A stretch of 64,000 bases of DNA from a virus (taxonomy: Duplodnaviria > Caudoviricetes). Position numbers and translations under genes: made by a program. This document shows positions 1 to 10,612 of the stretch, piece by piece. The stretch spans positions 21,804 through 85,803 of IMG/VR virus record IMGVR_UViG_3300013999_000001; one strand, 5' to 3'. Below the pieces are notes generated by a model. It made no database searches. It saw only the letters and a list, made by a program, of their open reading frames with translations, and had not been told where the DNA came from. The stretch's first letter is position 1, and every line of letters starts with the position of its first letter.

Positions 1-729
1 GTTCATAAGGGTGTACCCGCGCGTGCCGGTGGACATCGGGGTTAGGTTGCTGCTTGGAGTCCAGTACGGGTTTTTGACCGGCACGATAAACCACGGCTCG
101 GCCAGGGTCCGTTGAAGATTGTCCGGGGTCAGGAGGTAATCGCCGGTATAGCCTGCCAGCTGCCCGCCTCGGTGGAATTCCTGGATGAAGTGGGGGAGGG
201 TGTAAAAGCTGGACTCGATGTTAATGATCCCCCGTCCGGGCTCGCCGTATGGCCGGGTAAAGCCCACGCCGAAAATCGACATAATCAATCCCCATCCGGG
301 CATCCCGTTATTAATCATTTCCCCCAGGTCTTCCATCAGCTCATTGCAGCGTGCGACGGCCTCTTTGTCTGCCGGGTTCTTTGCCACCAGCGAAAACGCC
401 AGCCCGCTTCTTTTGCTGGGTGACAGGGCGTGTGCGATGTGGATATTGAGCGCACTGGATACCGTGGCGCTTTTCGACATTTCTTCCAGGATCGGATATT
501 TGGCGAGGCGGTCCAGGGGCAGCGTCAGCCCAATGCCGAGACTGTCCGCTTCCGTCGTCAGCTCACCCGGAGCATCGCCAGGCTTGCCGACCAGCGTAGC
601 CAGCCCGGACCGTGACACGACGTTATGCCCACTACTCAAAGGCAGGTGAGAAACGGGCGTTTTGGGCGCGCTGGTGAACAGCTTTTTTAGGGCCGTGATC
701 GCCCCGTTAGTCGAGTTTCTGTTTGCCAT
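1..729 (-). CDS. prt: Portal protein, P1 Prt-like; runs off the left window edge (C-terminal part missing)
   Basis: ATG at 729 (MANRNSTNGAIT...), frame read open to position 1; divergent from darB as in P1. Not in the ORF track because it is truncated. Confidence 0.75.
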   Translation of the reverse strand, partial: MANRNSTNGAITALKKLFTSAPKTPVSHLPLSSGHNVVSRSGLATLVGKPGDAPGELTTEADSLGIGLTLPLDRLAKYPILEEMSKSATVSSALNIHIAHALSPSKRSGLAFSLVAKNPADKEAVARCNELMEDLGEMINNGMPGWGLIMSIFGVGFTRPYGEPGRGIINIESSFYTLPHFIQEFHRGGQLAGYTGDYLLTPDNLQRTLAEPWFIVPVKNPYWTPSSNLTPMSTGTRGYTLMN

Positions 730-748
730 TTTTGAGAAATACCTTTGG

Positions 749-799
749 AAAATACAGACCACTTAGAATTGCGGTGATTTTATCGGGTCTATGTTTTGC
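749..799. promoter_or_regulatory. Back-to-back candidate late promoters for darB (+) and prt (-)
   Basis: AAA-AT-ACAGACC-ACT-TAGAAT at 749-769 (+) and AAA-AC-ATAGACC-CGA-TAAAAT at 797-777 (-); same motif upstream of other late operons. Confidence 0.65.
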
Positions 800-816
800 A
801 GACACAAGGTTAAAAA

Positions 817-3800
817 ATGGCAAACACTGTATTGGATCATCTGAACAGTGCCGGATCGCTGGATGAGATTGTTACCCTCATTCTTCGGCTGCGAAAATCG
901 CGCGCCGTGGCACAGTTCGGCATTGTTAAAGAGGAAGGCGTGAGTATTCAGCGCGCGCGTCGAGCTGCAAATAACGCTGCAATGCGCCTGCTGCAAGAGC
1001 TGCCGGAGAACATGGACGGCAATAAGCTGACTGACGAACAGCGGCAGGTGCTGGCCGGTTATACCGGGGAAGGGGGGCTGACCGACGGAGGCAGTCAATA
1101 CGAGTATTACACTCCACAGTTTATGGCAGAGGGTATCTGGGATCTGATGGCCGATTATGGCGTTACATCTGGCCACGTCCTGGAACCGTCCGCCGCAACC
1201 GGCATCTTCCAGGAAACCAAGCCGCAGGGGGCGATCATGACCGCCGCCGAGATTTCGCCGGTTTCTGGCCGCATCAACCAGCTGCTGCACCCGGAAGACG
1301 ATGTGCGCATGGGGGCATTTGAGGACCTGGCCGCGAACGTGGGCGATGACACCTACGATCATGCCGTCGGCAATATCCCGTTCGGTGAAAGCCGTACCGG
1401 ATATGCTGAGCGCGATCCGGCGTACAAAGGGGAAACGAACGTCGGGCATTACTTTGTCCTGCGTACCATCGACAAGGTGAAACCGGGCGGGCTGGTGGTG
1501 CTGGTGGTGCCAAACGGCATGACAGACGGCGGCGGAAACAATAAAAAGCTGCGTGATAAAGTGGCGCGCCGCGCGGAGTTTCTGGGCGCGCACCGTATGC
1601 CGTCCGGTACTTTCGCCGAAAGCGGCACCGCGACAGTGGTAGACGTGTGGGTGCTGCGTAAACACACTCGCGCTCTGGCGGAGATCGTCAGTAATGCCGA
1701 CGATAAAACCCTGACCGCTGCCCACGTCCTCTGGCCTACGTTCCTCAAGGGAAAATGGTTTGTGACCGAGGGCAAGCGGTTTGTCCACGGCGAAACAGAG
1801 CGGTCCAGCTTTAACAATATTCTAACGGTCAAAAAAGACGGGCGCGTAACCAATGCTGGCATGAAACAGGCGTTATCGCGCCGGTTTGATAGCCGTATCG
1901 CCTGGGAAATGCTGGACGTTAACCAGGACGCATACAAAGGCGCGAATGAAGGTGATAAGCGGCTGGTGGGCGGTATCTGGCACGTTTATGACGGCGAAAC
2001 ATGGGTCCGTGACAGTACGACTGACCGCAGCGGCATTGACGCGGAACGCTTCGGGGCGCAGACATTCGGGGATCTCCAGACGAAATGCCGGTCGCTGCAT
2101 GGCTTGCTGTCTCTCAGTGCCAGCCAGCTCGCAGCCATTGCTGAGGTGTATCCGGCGCTGCTGACCGATCGGCAGCACAACGTAATGAAGTTTGCGCTCC
2201 AGCAAAAGCCATCCCAGCGCGAGCGCGCGCTGCGTGGGGCGCTGATTGGCCTCACCATCAACGATGCGCAGGACTTAATCGCTCAGGGCGGTGATGCAGG
2301 CCCGCTGCTGGCCGACGCCGCCCGCATGGTTGAACAGGAAATTGCGGTCTATGGCTCACCAAATGGCCTGCGCCTGGCAGGACTTTCCGATCCCGCAGCT
2401 AAAGGCTGGCTGACCTTTCAGGGTAACGTTACCCGCGACAGTAAGCTCTCTGATTTATTGACCGGTCGCCTTAATACCGAGTCTGTTTCCCCGGTCGATA
2501 CCGGCAACCCTGAGCAGGTTGTGGCACACCTTTTCAGTCAGATTGACTTAGTGCCGGTGTCGCTTGAGCAATTCCGCGACTATTGCACGGCGCAGCTACC
2601 GTCCTCAGATGACGCGCTGCTGGACTACCTGGCGAACTTCCCGGAAATCGCGCTAGATGGCTACGGCAACATTTTGCCGATGTCGCGCGCCACCAGCGGC
2701 AACGTGCGCGGGAAAATGACTACGCTGGCCGCGCAGATAGCCGGACTCCAGGACGGGCCGCAAAAGCAAAACCTGGTACGCCAGATGATGCTGATAGAAG
2801 AGAAGCGTAATCCGGTCCCGATCGACAAAATCACGGTAAACCTTAACGCCCGTTGGCTGGACCGCCGTCTGATTAAGGAGTTTCTGGCCGAGCAGGGCTA
2901 TGATGCCTTCAAATACACCCAAGATATTCAGGTGGAAGATGGTTTCCTTGTCTCCCCCGATGATTACGCGGGCAAGGATGGCGTTTTCAGTGGCTATAAG
3001 TTGCGTACCGTTACGAGCAAGGGTGTCACTGAGTTTAAGCAGGCCAACAACAGCGACGGCTTTTTAAACCAGCTGGAAAACTACCTTAACGGCGTCAAAC
3101 CGCGCGGGGTGAATGCTGCCCAGTACCTTGATCGCATCGGCAAGCTGGAAGCCTCTTTTAACGACTGGCTGAAATCGCACCCGGACGTTACCGGCGTTGA
3201 GAATGATTACAACGATGCGTTTAACAATTACGTCCCGTTCGAGCACTCCAGCGAATCCCTGAGCCTCGAAGGCATTTCCGGCAAGCGTATACCACTGAGT
3301 TACCAGAACTCCGAGGTTCGCCGTCTCTCAGAGGACGGGCGCGGTATCATGGGATTCGGTACGGGTTTGGGTAAAACCACAACGGCGCTGGCGCTGGAGG
3401 CGTTTAACTTCCAGCATGGCCGCTCAAAACGCACCGCCATTGTCGTACCGAAGGCCGTTTATCAGAACTGGTATCACGAAGCGCGCGATTTCTACAGTGA
3501 TGCGGCATTTAGTCAGATGCTGTTTATCGGCCTCGATGAAGTGATGGGCGATAACGGCATTCAGCAATCGCAGGTACGCAATGAGAACAACGAACCGGTT
3601 ACAGATAGCGACGGCAACCCGGTCATGCGTAATGTCCTCAAAGATGCCGATACCGCCACCATTCTGGAGCGTCTGAACCGTATCCCTGCGTCGAATTATC
3701 GCTCAGTCATCATGACAAAAGAGCAATTCGGCATGATCCCTATGCGCCCGGAAACGATTGAAGAGAACTCCGCTCAGGCGCTGTATAACGCCGTCGATAT

Positions 3801-6800
3801 GGGCCGCACGGACCTGATGAAATCGACGCACCGCGCAGAGCTGGCGAAGAACAAACTCAAAGACAAGGCCGCAGACACAGGCACCGAGAAGAAACAGCAG
3901 GTGCCATACTTTGAGGACATGAACTTTGACAACGTGATCGCCGATGAAGGCCACAACTACAGGAACTCGCTTTCTGCTGGCCGAGAAACCGCCCAACTGG
4001 CGTACCTACCTAACCCGGCTGTATCGCAGATCGCGCGTGATATGTCGGTCAAGTCAGCCTGGCTGATGAAAAAATACAATGGGCGCGGCGTCACGCTGCT
4101 GACGGCCACACCGCTCGTTAACTCTCCGCTCGATGCCTTCAACATGTTGAGCCACGTCGTGCCGGTCGAAGACTGGAAGGCAATGGGCATCCTGACGCCG
4201 GATGACTTTGTACGCGTGTTTGGCGAAACGGCAAACGTTGTGGTGCAGAAGATTTCCGGCGAGCTGATGGATAAGCAGGGGCTGGTGGGCTTTAAAAACC
4301 TTGACGGTTTACGCGGTATCTTCCATCGCTGGACCACATTAAAGACCGCTGCTGACGTGAAAGAAAGCGTCAAAATCCCGGACCTGAACGAGAAAAACGT
4401 AGAGGTTCCGCTGACTGATGAGCAGAAGGAGCTGTACGAAGCGTTGCGTAAGCGCGCCAGCCTGATCGGGCAGAAACAAATCATCACCAAAAATGACGAC
4501 GGCACGGTAACAGTCGAGGAGAACAAGGACGATGATTTTATCTTTTCCGTTATCCGCGACATGGACAAGATGGTTATCGACCCGGATTTATACCGCTCAT
4601 CGCTGACCTTCCGTTTCCTGCCTGCCGATCTGGAAAAGGTCAAAGCCATTGCGGCCAGCCTGCCAGCCCATGCGGGCGGCAAAGAAGCCGCCGACGACGA
4701 CGAGGTGGAAGAGAACGAGGCCGGGCTGGTGGATACGCGCACCAGTAAGGTAGTGGCAACGACCGTGACCGAAAAAGCCGACGCCATAGAGCTGATGGTT
4801 AGCGTGGAACTGGAAGCCGAGGTGATGAAAGCAATCGCAGCTGCCGGTATCAGTATGAAAACCGTCTCGCATCCTATTCCGCCAAAATATGCGGCCATGA
4901 TTGAGAACCTGAAAGCCGGGATGCAGAACGGCAAGCAGATCATCTTCATGGACGAAAAGACGCAGCACAACAAGCTACGCCGAATCATTGCCAGCGCGCT
5001 GGGGCTGGATGAAAGCCAGATAGGGATAATTAACGCCACTACCGTCAGCAAGGCAACCGGACCCAAACTCAAGAGGGTTAAAAAGCCGGTTGAGCCTGCC
5101 GAACGCGCCGACGGCAATTACAAAGAGGGGGTCTGGGAAAAATATTACGCCGACCTGGCGCGATATGAAGATTATCAGTCTGCGCTCAATGACGTGTCGC
5201 TCTCAGGCATGGAAGGGATCGCCGCCGACTACAACGAAGGCCGCACCCCGATCGTCATCTGCAACAAAAAAGCTGAGGTGGGGATAAACCTTCACAAAGG
5301 CACCACGGATATTCACCATTTAACCTTCCCCTGGACACCGGCAAGTATTTCCCAGCGGAATGGGCGCGGGGCGCGTGTTGGTTCCAGCCAGGACTCGGTG
5401 AATGTGCATTATTACTGCGGGCAGGGATCATTCGATGAATTCCGTCTCCAGACGTTGCAACGCAAAAAAGACTGGATTAATCAGATCATGACTTCCGACG
5501 TGTCTACCTACAAAAATGGTGACGTGGATGAGAAGGACGAAATTAATCTGATGCTGGCCGCGAACCCGGAAGAGCGACAAGCGCGTATTAATGCCCAGCT
5601 GGCCGCACGTCGTGAAGTTGAACGCCTGCGGGCTGAGAAGGAAGCCGAAACCGCCCTCGATGTGTTCCTTCGTGCCTCCGTGGCCGCAAAAGAAGATCCT
5701 GCCATTCTTGCCAGTCGTCTGGAGTCTGCCGAGCAGATGCTTACTGCGCACGAAGCAAAGGTGGAAGAATACCGCGCCCAGGTGAGCAAAGAGGAAAGCG
5801 ACTACAACAGCTGGATGGAAAGCCACGGCAAGCGAAGCGCAGACATTTACCACGCCGAACCGCGCCGCCGTGCTCGCTCAACCCTGAAAACAGCCGTTGA
5901 AACGCTGGTGGAGCTGAAAACGGATGTGAAGAAAGCACGTAACGTGCTCAATCGGTCGAAAAGCGCGTCAACGATGGTGAAACGAGCGCGCGGGGATCTG
6001 GAGCGTGGCATTAAAGCAGGCGTCATTGATGTTGATCCTGATGTGCTGCTTAACCCGTCGCAGTACGTGAAAACAGCAACCGGCACCTTGCTGAAAGCGG
6101 GGTCGTATTACTGGATTGCTGGTGATTATCGCTATGTTGGCCGCATCACCCGACTGATGCCTGATCAGGGTGCGGTGGAAGTGGATGTGATGTATGCCCC
6201 CATTAACGCGAATACTTACAGGACACCGGGCGGCGGCGTGAGAGAAGTGCTGATGTCAAAGGTGCGTGAACAGGTTGACGTAACCGAAAGCCAGGCCGCC
6301 GCCCGTCGCCGTGCAAACGTTGGTTTGTGGCCTTCCGAAATAGCATCCACGCTCAGCCGTGCGGAGTTTATCGACGCCATAGCGGGTAATTACATGCGCG
6401 TGAAAGGCGATACCTGGATGCAATATTCCGACGCCGGCACACTGGAAATGTTTTACGTTTCTGGTGGCCTCACCAGCGATAGCCCGGAGCGTCTGGTTTA
6501 CCCGGACAGCAATGACGAAGGATTAAAGCGCGCCCTGTATCAATTCTCCGTGAACGGTGGAACCTATTCCGTGCGCGCCATATATTCGGCGGTATTCGGT
6601 GAGAACTACAGCGAAGTGCTTGAAGGGTACGGCGAACAGGCAACGATGGCAGATGCGCTGGACATCTTCGAAACCGCTCGCCGGGAAGCCGAGAAGGATA
6701 GCGGTGTGATCCTTGCCGGTGCATCTGCGGAAGAGGTGAATTCTGCCTTCTTCAATGGCGTGGATAGTGCCGTGCGCTTCTGGCAAAACAGCCTGTCAGT

Positions 6801-7659
6801 GCGCAAGGTGATGACGTACAGCAAGCGATTCAGCAACCAGACGGAGATCCGCAAGTTTATCAGCACTATTCTGGACGATCGCATTGCCGTCAAGATTGAT
6901 GAGATTAACGAGGCCGTAGGGCGCGCCGCGAAAGAGCTATATGCGCAGTGCGAACGCCTGGAAGGCCGAACGGCGCTGGAGGAAGTACGTCAGCTGGATG
7001 ATATGGACATTTCCGGCTATATGAACCGCGCTCAGCAGTCGCGTAATCTGATGGCGCTCAACCTGCCCGAGCTGGTTATGGCCGGTGTGCTGGTGGGCGC
7101 GTATCCACGTCAGATGGTGAATGCTGCCATGTTCACGTCAGCAAGCCGGGTGCGTCAGCTGCTGGACTCTGGCCGCTATAAGCTAAAAGAGGTTAAAAAC
7201 GGTGGCTACAAGCCGCTTGCGGCCTCTTTTGATGAGTGGCTTGGGCTGATGGCCGGTGATCTCTCTGATACCGAACTGGCCGCGCTGCGCGAGGCAGAAG
7301 AGGCCCGCAAGGCCAACGAGGCGGAAGTATTTGCCGGTCAGCAGGCGGTGGCAGGTGAATACGGCTATGTCGCGATCACCAACCAGCAGGAGCTGGCAGG
7401 CCAGCGCAAATGGAAGAACCGCACATTCAGAATAAGTTTCCCGGCTGGTGGTGCGCATGTGCTGATTGACAGCAGCGGACGCGCCACACTCAAAGCGAAG
7501 GATGTACGTACCATGCTGAAAGAGAAGTACGGCGCGCAATTCTGGAACTTTGAAGACGATCCGGTAGCGGGAAATGAGTTTACCCAGCCAGCATGGATCG
7601 TGCCGTCACGATTCCCTATTGAACAAATTCACAATGATATTCAGGCATTGGTCAGCTAA
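817..7659 (+). CDS. darB: DarB antirestriction protein: N6-adenine methyltransferase-like domain plus SNF2-like helicase
   Basis: 2280 aa; EPSAATG and GNIPF MTase motifs, GFGTGLGKT Walker A, DEGH box; size and synteny (prt/ulx) match P1 DarB. Confidence 0.92.
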   Translation: MANTVLDHLNSAGSLDEIVTLILRLRKSRAVAQFGIVKEEGVSIQRARRAANNAAMRLLQELPENMDGNKLTDEQRQVLAGYTGEGGLTDGGSQYEYYTPQFMAEGIWDLMADYGVTSGHVLEPSAATGIFQETKPQGAIMTAAEISPVSGRINQLLHPEDDVRMGAFEDLAANVGDDTYDHAVGNIPFGESRTGYAERDPAYKGETNVGHYFVLRTIDKVKPGGLVVLVVPNGMTDGGGNNKKLRDKVARRAEFLGAHRMPSGTFAESGTATVVDVWVLRKHTRALAEIVSNADDKTLTAAHVLWPTFLKGKWFVTEGKRFVHGETERSSFNNILTVKKDGRVTNAGMKQALSRRFDSRIAWEMLDVNQDAYKGANEGDKRLVGGIWHVYDGETWVRDSTTDRSGIDAERFGAQTFGDLQTKCRSLHGLLSLSASQLAAIAEVYPALLTDRQHNVMKFALQQKPSQRERALRGALIGLTINDAQDLIAQGGDAGPLLADAARMVEQEIAVYGSPNGLRLAGLSDPAAKGWLTFQGNVTRDSKLSDLLTGRLNTESVSPVDTGNPEQVVAHLFSQIDLVPVSLEQFRDYCTAQLPSSDDALLDYLANFPEIALDGYGNILPMSRATSGNVRGKMTTLAAQIAGLQDGPQKQNLVRQMMLIEEKRNPVPIDKITVNLNARWLDRRLIKEFLAEQGYDAFKYTQDIQVEDGFLVSPDDYAGKDGVFSGYKLRTVTSKGVTEFKQANNSDGFLNQLENYLNGVKPRGVNAAQYLDRIGKLEASFNDWLKSHPDVTGVENDYNDAFNNYVPFEHSSESLSLEGISGKRIPLSYQNSEVRRLSEDGRGIMGFGTGLGKTTTALALEAFNFQHGRSKRTAIVVPKAVYQNWYHEARDFYSDAAFSQMLFIGLDEVMGDNGIQQSQVRNENNEPVTDSDGNPVMRNVLKDADTATILERLNRIPASNYRSVIMTKEQFGMIPMRPETIEENSAQALYNAVDMGRTDLMKSTHRAELAKNKLKDKAADTGTEKKQQVPYFEDMNFDNVIADEGHNYRNSLSAGRETAQLAYLPNPAVSQIARDMSVKSAWLMKKYNGRGVTLLTATPLVNSPLDAFNMLSHVVPVEDWKAMGILTPDDFVRVFGETANVVVQKISGELMDKQGLVGFKNLDGLRGIFHRWTTLKTAADVKESVKIPDLNEKNVEVPLTDEQKELYEALRKRASLIGQKQIITKNDDGTVTVEENKDDDFIFSVIRDMDKMVIDPDLYRSSLTFRFLPADLEKVKAIAASLPAHAGGKEAADDDEVEENEAGLVDTRTSKVVATTVTEKADAIELMVSVELEAEVMKAIAAAGISMKTVSHPIPPKYAAMIENLKAGMQNGKQIIFMDEKTQHNKLRRIIASALGLDESQIGIINATTVSKATGPKLKRVKKPVEPAERADGNYKEGVWEKYYADLARYEDYQSALNDVSLSGMEGIAADYNEGRTPIVICNKKAEVGINLHKGTTDIHHLTFPWTPASISQRNGRGARVGSSQDSVNVHYYCGQGSFDEFRLQTLQRKKDWINQIMTSDVSTYKNGDVDEKDEINLMLAANPEERQARINAQLAARREVERLRAEKEAETALDVFLRASVAAKEDPAILASRLESAEQMLTAHEAKVEEYRAQVSKEESDYNSWMESHGKRSADIYHAEPRRRARSTLKTAVETLVELKTDVKKARNVLNRSKSASTMVKRARGDLERGIKAGVIDVDPDVLLNPSQYVKTATGTLLKAGSYYWIAGDYRYVGRITRLMPDQGAVEVDVMYAPINANTYRTPGGGVREVLMSKVREQVDVTESQAAARRRANVGLWPSEIASTLSRAEFIDAIAGNYMRVKGDTWMQYSDAGTLEMFYVSGGLTSDSPERLVYPDSNDEGLKRALYQFSVNGGTYSVRAIYSAVFGENYSEVLEGYGEQATMADALDIFETARREAEKDSGVILAGASAEEVNSAFFNGVDSAVRFWQNSLSVRKVMTYSKRFSNQTEIRKFISTILDDRIAVKIDEINEAVGRAAKELYAQCERLEGRTALEEVRQLDDMDISGYMNRAQQSRNLMALNLPELVMAGVLVGAYPRQMVNAAMFTSASRVRQLLDSGRYKLKEVKNGGYKPLAASFDEWLGLMAGDLSDTELAALREAEEARKANEAEVFAGQQAVAGEYGYVAITNQQELAGQRKWKNRTFRISFPAGGAHVLIDSSGRATLKAKDVRTMLKEKYGAQFWNFEDDPVAGNEFTQPAWIVPSRFPIEQIHNDIQALVS

Positions 7660-7694
7660 AACAGGAGCGCCCGGGGGAACCGGGCGAAAGACTT

Positions 7695-8129
7695 ATGACA
7701 ACATTAATCGACACCGTTTTACCGACAGAAGAGCATCTGGAAGAGATTTTAACCGCGTATGCGCTTGATGGGCGGGGAGAGGGCGAGTTTGTGGAGGTGT
7801 ACCTGCGCGGGCTGGAGAAACGGCTTGAGGCCAACTCTCTTTCGTACCGGTCATTTGGTCCGTGGTGGCCTGCGCTGAAAACCATGCTGCTGGAACGTGG
7901 TATCACAACCTGGGGGCAGATCGTTGATAGTGACGTGGCTGAGATATACAGCATGCGCAGACCTGCTTTAACGCTGGTTGCAGCACATCTTTATGCTGAT
8001 GAAGTCGCTGATACTGGTAATATGTTCAGTGCTGATCATCTGCTCAGCGTTATGCTGTCCGCTGACGACACGGAGCCGTATCATTATGTGAGCTACGATG
8101 AATCAGTGGAGAAGTACAAACTTAAATAA
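7695..8129 (+). CDS. ulx: Ulx-like antirestriction accessory protein
   Basis: YRSFGPWWPALKTMLLERG and RPALTLVAAHLY match recalled P1 Ulx; directly follows darB. Confidence 0.8.
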   Translation: MTTLIDTVLPTEEHLEEILTAYALDGRGEGEFVEVYLRGLEKRLEANSLSYRSFGPWWPALKTMLLERGITTWGQIVDSDVAEIYSMRRPALTLVAAHLYADEVADTGNMFSADHLLSVMLSADDTEPYHYVSYDESVEKYKLK

Positions 8130-8139
8130 GAGGCCGACA

Positions 8140-8394
8140 ATGACTAACCGCCCAAGGAAATTTTATACCATTAGTGAGCTGACCGAGCTGGCGCGCAGCC
8201 ACGGCTGCGAGCTGCGCTATAAACGCACCCAGGCCGTGTTTTCGCTTCATCTGGCTGACAAGCCAGAGGCGTGGATCTGGATAATCAACCCAGCAAGTGG
8301 GGAGAGGGTGAAGCTGGTACGTGAGCTTGACAGGCACGAATGGGGCGTGTTGCTGGCGCGATCACGCGATGAACTGGCCCGCAGGCATGGATAA
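8140..8394 (+). CDS. Small protein at the lxc (C1 corepressor) position
   Basis: 84 aa from ATG 8140; synteny and size fit P1 lxc, similarity only weak. Confidence 0.45.
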   Translation: MTNRPRKFYTISELTELARSHGCELRYKRTQAVFSLHLADKPEAWIWIINPASGERVKLVRELDRHEWGVLLARSRDELARRHG

Positions 8395-8469
8395 AGAACA
8401 GGCAACGCAACAAATGAAAATTAAACTTGCCAACAATACATAAAAGCCTTAGATTCTATATGCATTAAG

Positions 8470-8494
8470 AAAAAGCCCGGCATAAGCCGGGCTT
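8470..8494 (-). terminator. GC hairpin with A-run on the 5' side
   Basis: AAGCCCGGC-ATAA-GCCGGGCTT. Confidence 0.5.
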
Positions 8495-8555
8495 CCCATT
8501 CAAAGCGGGTCAGAGTTTGGCCACCGAAACCCGCGTGAACAAAAGGAACTATACC

Positions 8556-8732
8556 ATGAAAGCATTCGCTCAGCGTGATTTTGTGCAACCCGTTAAACAC
8601 ACCCAGCAGTCTTCTGATGTCCACGTCTTCCAGGTTTTCGAAAACATTCTGCGCGTCTGGGTGCCTCTCTGCCTGTCCATCTTTGGTAGCGTCTGGCTCC
8701 TAAGCCTCGTTTACCAACTCGCCACGCATTAA
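8556..8732 (+). CDS. Small membrane protein (58 aa)
   Basis: AAGGA RBS; C-terminal hydrophobic stretch; upstream TTGCCA-N17-TAGATT promoter at 8427-8455. Confidence 0.55.
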   Translation: MKAFAQRDFVQPVKHTQQSSDVHVFQVFENILRVWVPLCLSIFGSVWLLSLVYQLATH

Positions 8733-8933
8733 AATAAAACCCTAAAAAAAAAACCGTAATTTGCCGATTTTGTTGTGACCTTAAATTCAGTTTTGGTTAC
8801 GGAAAGTTAATCCGCACTAATCAAAAACTGCATTAAAGCGCAGTAATAAAGTCGATTAATTTTAATCGGTGTTAACGTGAGGCGCACATACAGCTGCGCC
8901 TCTTGGTATCTCTTTTCCAATAAAGGCTAAAAA

Positions 8934-9173
8934 ATGACGTGTCCAAAGTATGTGATTTCCCCCGCTGGCGAAAAATGGATTGGTGAGAAAGTCAAAGAGT
9001 TTCGTGCAACGCACATGCGCGATCCCAATCGTGCCGAGACTTTTAGCATCAAGCAGGCGTGGCGAGCGTTACAAGTTAACGTTCAATTGAGAAAACAGAC
9101 CCGCCGTCTGCATAAAAAAATCTGCGCTTCCGAAAATTTCCAGTGGCAACCCTGCGTCTCCCCCCGACGTTAA
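8934..9173 (+). CDS. Hypothetical basic protein
   Basis: 79 aa ORF with AAGG RBS in an otherwise AT-rich gap. Confidence 0.5.
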   Translation: MTCPKYVISPAGEKWIGEKVKEFRATHMRDPNRAETFSIKQAWRALQVNVQLRKQTRRLHKKICASENFQWQPCVSPRR

Positions 9174-9313
9174 CCCTGTAAAACCCACCCCTTAACTTCG
9201 CTCCCGTCCACAAAAAGGTTCAGCAATTGAGATTTGTGCTAACTATGCGGAGAATAATTGTGTTTCAATTTGTGTTGTTAGAATTACGATGATTAATGGC
9301 GCGGGGGATTTTC

Positions 9314-9895
9314 ATGCGGGTTTCGTCTGAGTGGCTTGAAGGATATAACAAGCGGCATGGCCGCAGATCGGGAACAAAGTCCCCCGGCGCGTCCGGTATC
9401 GACTACATGGCTGCTATCAAAAAGGTGTCGGTCCATGCGGCTGCACTGGCAGCGATTATCAAAAATCCCGACCTGCTAAAGGGACGCTACGAGCACTACG
9501 ATCAGGTACGCGTGTTCGATTACATGGATCGCAAGCATCCAGAGTTGTACGACCTACTTCACGCCACGCCTAACGGCGGTTTTCGTGCCAAAAAGACCGG
9601 TAACGATATGACCGCAGAAGGCCAGAAGAAAGGCTACCCGGATATGAGTCTGGATTTGGCCGCAGGCGCGTATCACGGCATGCGGATTGAGTTAAAGCAC
9701 GGTAAACGTAAAGCCAGCAAAGAACAAAACATCTGGCTCCATCGTCTGCACGAACAGGGCTATTACTGCGTTCTGGCTTTTTCGCCAGAGGAAGCGATCG
9801 AGGCCATTCTGGCGTATTCCCGACTATCTCCGGGTGAGCGGATGCCATCGCATGAAAACGATGATTACTGGCGGGACGCCGATGCAGCGGCATGA
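9314..9895 (+). CDS. pmgM: VRR-NUC domain nuclease, P1 PmgM-like
   Basis: HATPNGG, KKGYPD and RIELK motifs; matches recalled PmgM. Confidence 0.8.
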   Translation: MRVSSEWLEGYNKRHGRRSGTKSPGASGIDYMAAIKKVSVHAAALAAIIKNPDLLKGRYEHYDQVRVFDYMDRKHPELYDLLHATPNGGFRAKKTGNDMTAEGQKKGYPDMSLDLAAGAYHGMRIELKHGKRKASKEQNIWLHRLHEQGYYCVLAFSPEEAIEAILAYSRLSPGERMPSHENDDYWRDADAAA

Positions 9896-9962
9896 ATAGC
9901 GACCGGCACGATTGCCGGGAATGAAGAGTTTCTATTTGGTTAGTTGAAGGAATTGGGCAGAG

Positions 9963-10205
9963 ATGGATATTAGCACTGCGTATGTAGCATTAGGCACCCA
10001 CCAGGCTTTTGCGGTTCGCCGCCCCGGTCGGCAGGATTTCGTTACTCTTGCCACACCAGAGGATGCCGAGGATTTGTGCCAGCGATATGGTCTGCCTGTA
10101 AGTAGTGAGCTGTTTGTGTACAACGATGGTCTGGGCGGGGAAGCTCCGCACGAACCGGGATACGAAGATCAGATAGCGACAGACTGGGAAGTTTTCTATG
10201 CGTGA
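9963..10205 (+). CDS. Hypothetical protein
   Basis: 80 aa, overlaps the next start codon. Confidence 0.55.
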   Translation: MDISTAYVALGTHQAFAVRRPGRQDFVTLATPEDAEDLCQRYGLPVSSELFVYNDGLGGEAPHEPGYEDQIATDWEVFYA

Positions 10206-10488
10206 GCATTACTATAATATTTCTTTTATGGACGAGGGTGGGCGCTGTCGTAGCGCCGTGATCACGACTACGCATAAGCGCGTAACGGCAAGGGATGTTT
10301 CCGGGGCGTATATGGCGCTCAATCTGAGCGAAAACGCTATCGTGATGGCCGTTAGTCACTTGGGCTATATGACCGCCGAAGAATACTCAACAGGAGTATC
10401 ACCGCTGCGCCGCTTCCGGCTGATGAGCGTTGTCTGCTGTCTACTGCCGTTTGTGGTTCTGGGGCTGGTGGTCTGGATCACCCGCTGA
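10198..10488 (+). CDS. Hypothetical membrane-anchored protein
   Basis: 96 aa, C-terminal TM segment; followed by a terminator. Confidence 0.6.
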   Translation: MREHYYNISFMDEGGRCRSAVITTTHKRVTARDVSGAYMALNLSENAIVMAVSHLGYMTAEEYSTGVSPLRRFRLMSVVCCLLPFVVLGLVVWITR

Positions 10489-10502
10489 GAAAACTGAAAG
10501 AT

Positions 10503-10525
10503 AAGGGGCTAAAGCCCCTTTTTTT
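10503..10525 (+). terminator. Intrinsic terminator
   Basis: AAGGGGCT-AA-AGCCCCTT followed by a T-run. Confidence 0.7.
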
Positions 10526-10612
10526 ATGCGCAAAAGAATAGACCATTGGAGAATTACAGATTACTATCCCGCTCATGAAAGAATAGTAATTCTAACGAAA
10601 CGAAAATAAGGA

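Noticed and set aside
763-7539. Long minus-strand ORFs such as 763-1788 and 3957-5117
   Set aside because: Antisense shadows of the GC-rich darB frame; no motifs or RBS
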